DNA from: Methanomicrobiales archaeon
GTDB taxonomy: Archaea; Halobacteriota; Syntropharchaeia; Alkanophagales; Methanospirareceae
Length of the DNA stretch: 41,992 nucleotides
Direction of reading: 5' to 3'
Assembly (NCBI GenBank): GCA_003160755.1
Contig: QEXZ01000002.1
Location: forward strand, 1 to 41,992
Notes under the pieces: generated by a model
Databases searched by the model: none
The model's input: the letters and a program-made list of their open reading frames with translations, nothing else
What the model was told of the DNA's origin: nothing
Made by a program: the position numbers and the translations under genes
In this document: one piece after another, positions 35,557-41,992 of the stretch
Layout of the letters: every line of letters starts with the position of its first letter
How positions within the stretch are numbered: position 1 is the first letter of the stretch

Positions 35557-36441
35557 TTACTTCTCTATCGGAACAATCCTCTTTTTATCACCCTCCTTTA
35601 GCATATCGAGAATGTTAATCAGCTTTGACTGATCCGATACGACTATCTTTGTATTATCCTGCAAAGATGCCTGAGTCACCTCAAGCTGTTTCAAAACCTG
35701 AGCGTTCCCAATGAAGAACTCCTCTGCCGCTCTTGAGACTTTTTCAATCGCCTTCGCTTCTCCATCCGCTCGCAGTATTGCCGACTCTCGAGCACCTTCT
35801 GCCGTCAGTATCGCATTTTTCTTATCACCTTCCGCCTCAAGTATCTGCTTCTCTTTGTATGCCTCTGCACTCAAAATAGTTGCTCTCTTCTCCCTCTCTG
35901 CCTTCATCTGCTTGCTCATTGCATCTGCGATATCTTGTGGTGGGTCAATCTTCTGAACCTCTACCCGAACCACCTTTACACCCCATTTATCGGTTGCCTC
36001 GTCCAGTGTATCACGAAGCGCGGTATTGATTTTATCCCTTGCGGTAAGCGTCTGGTCGAGCGTCATGTCACCGATGAGGTTTCTCAGGTTCGTCTGCGCC
36101 AATTTGCTTATTGCAAACCTGAAGTTTGCGATCTCATATCTAATCGCCTTTGGGTCTGTCACAACGTAGTAGATGACCGCATCAACGGTTACTGCTACGT
36201 TATCCTTTGTAATAACCGCCTGAGGTGCGATGTCAATGACCGTCTCACGCATGTCTATCCGTTCTGCAATATTATCAACAAAAGGCACGATGAACCTCAA
36301 GCCCGGGTCCAAAGTCTCCTTATATTGCCCAAATCTTTCCACAATACCCTTCTCAGACTGTCTCACGGTAGTCACTGACTTCAGCAACGTAACTACTGCA
36401 ATAACGAAAAGGATTATACCTATTGCAAGTCCTATTTCCAT
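35557..36441 (-). CDS. SPFH/Band 7 (stomatin/QmcA-like) protein
   Basis: VERFG, ITKDN..VDAV, QTNLRNLIG, WGVKVVRVE, QMKAEREKRA. Confidence 0.95.
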   Translation of the reverse strand: MEIGLAIGIILFVIAVVTLLKSVTTVRQSEKGIVERFGQYKETLDPGLRFIVPFVDNIAERIDMRETVIDIAPQAVITKDNVAVTVDAVIYYVVTDPKAIRYEIANFRFAISKLAQTNLRNLIGDMTLDQTLTARDKINTALRDTLDEATDKWGVKVVRVEVQKIDPPQDIADAMSKQMKAEREKRATILSAEAYKEKQILEAEGDKKNAILTAEGARESAILRADGEAKAIEKVSRAAEEFFIGNAQVLKQLEVTQASLQDNTKIVVSDQSKLINILDMLKEGDKKRIVPIEK

Positions 36442-36447
36442 TTTTTT

Positions 36448-36906
36448 TTATCCCCCTCTTTTTTTTACGATTAACGTGACTCCCGTCACATCAACCACAG
36501 TAATATCTTCTCCTTCTTCTATATTAATTCCTTCCTCAGATCTCGCCCGCCATTCCTCGTTTCCTATCTTTACCAGACCACTCGTATCTTTGCCAATACT
36601 GCTTTTGACGGTTCCAGTCTTACCGATTATCGCATCAACGTTCGTCTTTGTATCGCCCACTTTCATCTTCGCCTTAACGTATTTCCTTCCAATGCCCACG
36701 TACAGCGCGCAGAAGGCACTTGCACAGATAGCTGTTAAAAGCCACGAATCGGCAAAACTTGTCAGGAGACCACCCAATATTAGCGCAGAGCCAAGCATCA
36801 CAAGATCAAAACCGGTCTCCACTCCTATAAACAACTCTAAAAGAATCATCAGAAGTCCCACAACCACAAATGCAGCCCATAACCACGTATCAAGAAGTTC
36901 TATCAT
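36448..36906 (-). CDS. NfeD-like (YbbJ) SPFH partner protein
   Basis: TM N-terminus, IIGKTG, GLVKIGNEEWRA, GVTLIV. Confidence 0.9.
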   Translation of the reverse strand: MIELLDTWLWAAFVVVGLLMILLELFIGVETGFDLVMLGSALILGGLLTSFADSWLLTAICASAFCALYVGIGRKYVKAKMKVGDTKTNVDAIIGKTGTVKSSIGKDTSGLVKIGNEEWRARSEEGINIEEGEDITVVDVTGVTLIVKKRGG

Positions 36907-37009
36907 TTGTTTCTCGGTTATCCTTAATTTTTATTCTGATGAGTTTCAATATTATATGTTCATCATAGGGTATATAAAAGCTTTTCTTCTATTTGGCATT
37001 AGGATTAGA

Positions 37010-37639
37010 TCACAGTATATTCAAGACCGCTTCAACGTTATCAAAGACGAAATCAGGCTTTTCCTTTTCCAGTTCCTCCTTTGTGTACAGCCCGGTTGTT
37101 AAGCCAATTGTTTTCACGCCAGCCCTTCGTCCCTGGACTATATCGGGTGGTGTATCGCCACAATAGAACGCCTGAGCCGTTGAAGACTTGAGCAGTTCTA
37201 TCGCTTTGAGTAACGGTTCAGGGTCGGGTCTCGCTCTTTTGGTGTCCTCCGCAGTGAGCAAAAGGTCATTCGGGAACTGAAAAAGCCGTATCGCTGCTTC
37301 TGCTGATTCCCTATCCTTTGTTGTCACGATTGCTATTTTTATTCCTTTTTCTCGTAGCAGTTCAAGCGTCCTTTTCGCTTTCGGAAGTTCTTTTATCATC
37401 GGTTTGAATTTACCCCTCATAAGGCTGAGGAAGACCGAATCGAACTTAGCCGGGTCTCTATCCGGGTATAAAATCTTGAAAGAGATGAGACTTGGCAAAT
37501 AGATTATTTCCTTTATCTCTTTATCTGCGGGAACTCTCAAACCCATTATCCTCGCTGCTTCCTTGACCGAACTCAAAATCGCTGCGGACGAGTCAATTAA
37601 CGTGCCATCCATGTCAAAAAGACCTGTGTCGATTGTCAT
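37010..37639 (-). CDS. HAD family hydrolase (Gph/PpaX-like)
   Basis: FDMDGTLIDS, IVTTK, RPDPEP, GDTPPD. Confidence 0.9.
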   Translation of the reverse strand: MTIDTGLFDMDGTLIDSSAAILSSVKEAARIMGLRVPADKEIKEIIYLPSLISFKILYPDRDPAKFDSVFLSLMRGKFKPMIKELPKAKRTLELLREKGIKIAIVTTKDRESAEAAIRLFQFPNDLLLTAEDTKRARPDPEPLLKAIELLKSSTAQAFYCGDTPPDIVQGRRAGVKTIGLTTGLYTKEELEKEKPDFVFDNVEAVLNIL

Positions 37640-39417
37640 TTTTTTCTCCTTATCCTCAACCTCTCCAATTTGCCTTCCGCAGGCACGCCATTTTCATCCC
37701 AGCCACGCATACGATAATATTCGTCGAGCGTCTTTAAAAACTCTTCTTTATCTATTACTCTTCCATTTACCTTCTCCTCAAAGAACCTATCAGGCAAAAT
37801 ATCATCCTCTTTACCAAACCCTTCCCTTACATTATACAGCCGTTCCACGTTCCATATCCGCTCGCCAGCGAGCATCAAATCCTCTGACGTATAGTCCACA
37901 CCCGTAACGGCACTCAATATGTTTGCATATTCCTCCTCACCCGCGCCGAGGAATGCGAATTTGCACACTACGAGCGAATCAACCGCAGCAAACCTGTCCT
38001 GGAATATTTTTGTATGCCCGGCTTTTCCCGCAAGTGTGTAAGGGTCAATCGCCTTTGGTTTTCGCAGTATCTCCGGTGCGACAAGATAAGCCCTTGTATG
38101 GCATCCACCGCGATTGGAAGTGGCGTAGCTGAACCCCAGCCCTTTTACACCTCGCGGGTCATAAGAAGGCAGAGAAAGCCCCTTTACCTGAATCGCCGTC
38201 TCCGGACGTCCTTCTGATGCTGCAAAGGAGCTCACACCCCTGCCAAGCTCTTCTCCAACGCCTTGTTTATCTCCTACCATCCTCGTCAAGTTTACAAGCT
38301 CATCAGGCGAGATACCTTTGTCGCGTAACTCCGAATAACAGCCCAGAACACCCGCTACTGAAATCGTATCCACGCCGTAATCGTTACAGAGCCGGTTCGC
38401 TTCTACAACCGCCTCATAATCAGGATTTTGAATGTTTGCACCCATTAAACCAACTGTTTCGTATTCCGGCAGTTCTCCATCCATTTTGTCCTCTCTTTTA
38501 CATGCAATTGGACAGGAATAACATGCACGCCTTTTTGGTGCTCGCTCTTTTTCTATGGTCTTTGCAAAAAAGGGTTTCAGATTGAAATCAGGCTCAGGCT
38601 CTGCCGTCCTGAAATTTGCTATCGGAAGCACGTTCATCCAGCTCGTTATCTTTACCAAAAACGGCGTTCCGAAAACCGACAAACCTTTGCTTATCGTCGG
38701 GCATGCAATCAGCAGCCGGTTAATCGCTTTCTTTTGCTTTGAAAATTCCGCTCTATCAGAGATTGCCACTTTTCCCGTGCCCTTCACCACGATTGCCTTC
38801 AGGTTCTTCGAGCCCATTACCGCACCCACGCCGCCGCGTCCAAAAGCGTGTGTCGCATCCGAAATGATAGAAGCCAGCGGCACAAGTTTCTCGCCTGCTC
38901 TGCCGATACAAGCAACGCTACCGTTGCTGCTGCCGCTGCCCTTTTGTTTTAAAAATCCCGTGGTCGCTTTTACGTTCTCGCCCCACAGCGTCTCTGCGGA
39001 TTTTAGCTCCACGCGGTCATCTTCTATTTCTATAAATACCGGGTCTGGTGATTTGCCTGTAATAATTATCGCATCGTATCCCGCTTTTTTCATCGCGGGA
39101 CCAAACGAGCCACCGCAGTTAGAGTCGAATATCGTGCCCGTCAACGGCGATTTTGTGGACAGTGAAACCCTGCCCGAGGAGGGTGTTGTGGTGCCTGTTA
39201 ACGGACCTGCAGCGAATACAAGCAGGTTAGCGGGTGCGAGCGCTTCAACACGTCCCGCATCATACAACATCTTCGCTCCGAGCCCCCGACCGCCGAGATA
39301 ATCATTAAGTAAAGACTGTTCAGGTACGAAGCGGTCTATTCGTCTTTCGGATTCGGAAAGGTCTATTCTGAGGATTTTCTTTTTCCAGCCGTATGCCGTG
39401 GCTGCGTTCATGTTCAC
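37636..39417 (-). CDS. aor: Tungsten-type aldehyde:ferredoxin oxidoreductase family protein
   Basis: LGGRGLG, KSPLTG, GRGGVGAVMGSKNLKA, CYSCPIAC, PEYET, DTIS, YDPR, SNRGGCH, YYRMRGWD. Confidence 0.92.
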   Translation of the reverse strand: MNMNAATAYGWKKKILRIDLSESERRIDRFVPEQSLLNDYLGGRGLGAKMLYDAGRVEALAPANLLVFAAGPLTGTTTPSSGRVSLSTKSPLTGTIFDSNCGGSFGPAMKKAGYDAIIITGKSPDPVFIEIEDDRVELKSAETLWGENVKATTGFLKQKGSGSSNGSVACIGRAGEKLVPLASIISDATHAFGRGGVGAVMGSKNLKAIVVKGTGKVAISDRAEFSKQKKAINRLLIACPTISKGLSVFGTPFLVKITSWMNVLPIANFRTAEPEPDFNLKPFFAKTIEKERAPKRRACYSCPIACKREDKMDGELPEYETVGLMGANIQNPDYEAVVEANRLCNDYGVDTISVAGVLGCYSELRDKGISPDELVNLTRMVGDKQGVGEELGRGVSSFAASEGRPETAIQVKGLSLPSYDPRGVKGLGFSYATSNRGGCHTRAYLVAPEILRKPKAIDPYTLAGKAGHTKIFQDRFAAVDSLVVCKFAFLGAGEEEYANILSAVTGVDYTSEDLMLAGERIWNVERLYNVREGFGKEDDILPDRFFEEKVNGRVIDKEEFLKTLDEYYRMRGWDENGVPAEGKLERLRIRRKK

Positions 39418-39475
39418 TTTTTAAAATGATATTATTTGGTGAAAAATAGTATAAATCCACGTCTAAATAATTATC

Positions 39476-39820
39476 ATGTCAGAGCAGATAAGAGTGGAGA
39501 AGCGGGAATCAAAACGCCCTTTTATAGCAAAGGATGGTTCTGAGATACGGGAATTATACAAATCCGCGAGGATGAGTTTGGCAGAAGCCACGGTTTATCA
39601 GGAAACGAAACGCCATTTTCACATGACTGCTGAGGAAATATACCACATTCTGGAGGGCAAGGGGATTATGGAAATAGAAGGCAAGTCCAAAGAGGTTTAT
39701 GTGGGCGATACGGTGGTTATACTTCCTGAAGAGAAGCACCGGATTTTCACAGATAAAAAAGTACGATTCTTGTGTTTCTGCTCGCCACCCTATTCTGATG
39801 CGGACACCGTTCTGGAATAA
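39476..39820 (+). CDS. Cupin domain protein
   Basis: KDGSEIREL, HFH..AEEIYHILEG, H, CSPPY. Confidence 0.88.
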   Translation: MSEQIRVEKRESKRPFIAKDGSEIRELYKSARMSLAEATVYQETKRHFHMTAEEIYHILEGKGIMEIEGKSKEVYVGDTVVILPEEKHRIFTDKKVRFLCFCSPPYSDADTVLE

Positions 39821-39826
39821 TCTTAA

Positions 39827-40126
39827 ATGACGAGATTCAGATACATTAAGCATGGCGTTAAACGAAAGCACGGAATTATAGAGGGCATTCTGCCCCTTTT
39901 GGAACAAATCTCTGAGATAGAAGGAGTGGAAAAGATTATACCTGCTTTGATATCGTATTCTCATTCAAGAGGCACACGGCATCCAGAACTGAGATTTCAA
40001 AGAGAGACTCCTTCTGGATTCAAGCTATTGGCTCACAGCAAAAGAAGCATTCAGGAAATATTTGTCGTAGTTGAGTGGTCAAAAAAGGAAGAAGTCAAAG
40101 ATAAATTACTAAAGGATTTTTTCTAA
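39827..40126 (+). CDS. DUF2103-like hypothetical protein
   Basis: GVKRKHGIIEG, IIPALI, TPSGFKLLA, QEIFVV. Confidence 0.65.
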   Translation: MTRFRYIKHGVKRKHGIIEGILPLLEQISEIEGVEKIIPALISYSHSRGTRHPELRFQRETPSGFKLLAHSKRSIQEIFVVVEWSKKEEVKDKLLKDFF

Positions 40127-40837
40127 AAAGAAAAAGTGTATCAAGTTCAACTCATATCTCATATTTCCCGGGTCATATCTGAACACGCCCTCCGCAATTA
40201 TTTTATCTCCTTTTTGTAACGCGGAGATGGGAATAGAGTCATCGTCAGACTTTGCTCGTGCCTCTGTTTCTGCTTCCACCGTCACCCTCAGCAGATGTTT
40301 ACCGTGCTCATCAGCAAGATAAAAAACGTGTTTATACACGTTATCTGCGTAGCCCACAACGCTCACTCTTTCTCCTTTATAGTCCTCAGGATGCATCGCT
40401 ATCTGCGATACGAAAGCAATATTCTCGTTTTCATTTTCATTTTCGGCACTCAACTTTTTTATTGCATTCCCGTGCCCCCCGTGGACTACGAGTTCAGGTC
40501 TGCCTTTGTATGTCTTCACCCTGCCTTCTACCTCTACCACATCTCCATAGCTCAGGTTCAATTTCCCCGCGCTCTTGTCTGACGTGTCAACAAATATCAG
40601 CAGCTCTGTTTTGTTCCCTTTTAGCGTGATGACAGCCCCGTAGTCTGTGACACTGAAGCTGGTGATAATGCCACTTGTACGTATAAGTTCGCCTTCATGG
40701 TCTCCGGCTCCTGCTCTGCATGCAACTTCTTCCAGCGGCACGTAAGGAGGCTCTACAAAAGAAGTTAAAGATAACCCATATAAAATACCAACGCCTAACA
40801 AAGAGAAAACGATCACGGCTTTTCCTATGTTATCCAT
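40109..40837 (-). CDS. Membrane-anchored OB-fold protein
   Basis: N-terminal TM; GDVVEVEGRVKTYKGRPEL; second OB-like segment GDKIIAEG. Confidence 0.7.
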   Translation of the reverse strand: MDNIGKAVIVFSLLGVGILYGLSLTSFVEPPYVPLEEVACRAGAGDHEGELIRTSGIITSFSVTDYGAVITLKGNKTELLIFVDTSDKSAGKLNLSYGDVVEVEGRVKTYKGRPELVVHGGHGNAIKKLSAENENENENIAFVSQIAMHPEDYKGERVSVVGYADNVYKHVFYLADEHGKHLLRVTVEAETEARAKSDDDSIPISALQKGDKIIAEGVFRYDPGNMRYELNLIHFFFLEKIL

Positions 40838-40857
40838 AACAATCTACGTTTTTCCTC

Positions 40858-41010
40858 GTTGTATATAATGTATAGCTTCCGTATATTTAAGACACAGATT
40901 TACACTGATTTACGCAGATTTATTTACGTTGAACACTGTTAATTTTTATCATCTGTGTTAATCTGCGTTAATCTGTGTCAACAATTTAGTTTTTTTTTAT
41001 CCTACCTAAC
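40858..41010. repeat. Family A repeat, complete uninterrupted copy
   Basis: gttgtatataa...taagacacagatttacactgatttacgcagatt...atctgtgttaatctgcgttaatctgtgtc. Confidence 0.85.
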
Positions 41011-41027
41011 TATACAAATAACATACT

Positions 41028-41888
41028 ATGCTCGAACTGATAAGACAATTTGTCAACACGTACTACATCCACCCTATAACCCATGACACAGGCTACAACC
41101 CGGTAAACACGCTAACGTGGGCTTTATTACTGGCTTTGTGCCTGTTTTTGACCTTAAAATTACTAAAGAAGCTCGATGTAGAGATAAACAAACCTTTTAT
41201 CGCTGCTGTATCGCCTTACATCTTTGTTGGTGCGAGCCTGAGGGTAATGGAAGATGCGGAATTATTTTCGCCTCCCCTGAGCTACCTGCTGATAACACCG
41301 TTAATTTATTTTCTTCTGTTCTTTTGCTGCGTTGCCATACTTACAATATCGGTAAAGTTGTCCCTGGCGAACGGTACAGGTGTGAGGTGTGAGGTTTCAG
41401 GTTTGTGGTGTTTGGCGACTTTTGGTCTGGTGGGGATGATTTGGCTCTTCGTAAACCTGACAATTCTATTAAGGAACGAAGAAATAATTTTACCCTGGGT
41501 TCTCTTTGCCGTCATTGGCATTTCAGGCATAATATTGCTCGTGATATATACAATTGGAGCGAAATTCGGCATCGCATTTCTAACAGAGAAGCTGAACATC
41601 GCCGTTTTAGCTGCTCATCTGCTCGATGCTTCTTCATCGTATATTGGTATTGATAAACTGGGTTACAGTGGAAAGCACGTGATAGAAGGCATTATAGTAA
41701 AGTACACGGGTTCCGCAGCCGGAATGTTTCCGCTCAAGCTCGTAATACTAATCCCCGTGTTATACTTATTGGATACGCAATTTGACGAGAAAGAAAGAGA
41801 ACTGAAGAATCTCGTTCTGTTGGCTCTGCTTGTCATTGGTCTCGCACCTGCCGTTAGGAATACGCTCAGGATGATTTTAGGTGTTTAG
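41028..41888 (+). CDS. DUF63 family archaeal membrane protein
   Basis: YYIHPI, GYNPVNTLTW, LRVMEDA, ITPLIYF, AHLLDA, KHV, GLAPAVRN.LR. Confidence 0.88.
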   Translation: MLELIRQFVNTYYIHPITHDTGYNPVNTLTWALLLALCLFLTLKLLKKLDVEINKPFIAAVSPYIFVGASLRVMEDAELFSPPLSYLLITPLIYFLLFFCCVAILTISVKLSLANGTGVRCEVSGLWCLATFGLVGMIWLFVNLTILLRNEEIILPWVLFAVIGISGIILLVIYTIGAKFGIAFLTEKLNIAVLAAHLLDASSSYIGIDKLGYSGKHVIEGIIVKYTGSAAGMFPLKLVILIPVLYLLDTQFDEKERELKNLVLLALLVIGLAPAVRNTLRMILGV

Positions 41889-41958
41889 CTGCGATGAAAG
41901 TATGAGTTGTCATAAACTTAAATATACTTGACATAAAATAAATAGCGGTGATGTAAAG

Positions 41959-41992
41959 ATGGAATATGAAATCGTTGGCGACAATCTCCAGA
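41959..41992 (+). CDS. Start of a TIGR00266/AIM24 family protein (partial)
   Basis: MEYEIVGDNLQ N-terminus; GGTGA upstream; cut by the window end. Confidence 0.55.
   Translation, partial: MEYEIVGDNLQ

Noticed and set aside
36230..37102. 290-aa plus-strand ORF and other long antisense ORFs (e.g. 38555..39301, 14173..14805, 5682..6389)
   Set aside because: These are shadow frames of well-supported genes on the opposite strand.

Overview
Archaeal chromosomal window: RaSEA, Tsr3, SRP54, UPF0058 and DUF63 are archaeal markers. The MtaC-like corrinoid protein and tungsten-type AOR suggest a methanogen/ANME-like euryarchaeote; this taxonomy is inference. Most of the ~40 CDS are housekeeping or metabolic. 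The standout is a four-gene minus-strand operon (20207->14775): an ARC/Mpa-like AAA ATPase, two divergent PafA/Dop-family enzymes, and a 90-aa charged protein ending ...YATSGE. This looks like a complete bacterial-type Pup/UBact protein-tagging system in an archaeon, with no 20S subunit genes in the locus. Other notable items: (i) a TIR-domain gene with near-identical 156-bp internal repeats, bracketed by attC-like hairpins and nested inverted repeats; (ii) several families of small palindromic dispersed repeats, including a ~43-bp double hairpin with compensatory changes that sits inside other repeats; (iii) heptamer microsatellites inside genes; (iv) two VapBC modules; (v) a decayed region at 23-30 kb with a hisS fragment, a truncated GAF sensor, an hsdR chimera and a deleted sppA copy. 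No rRNA, tRNA, CRISPR array or transposase was seen. All calls come from motif recognition by eye; no database search was run.
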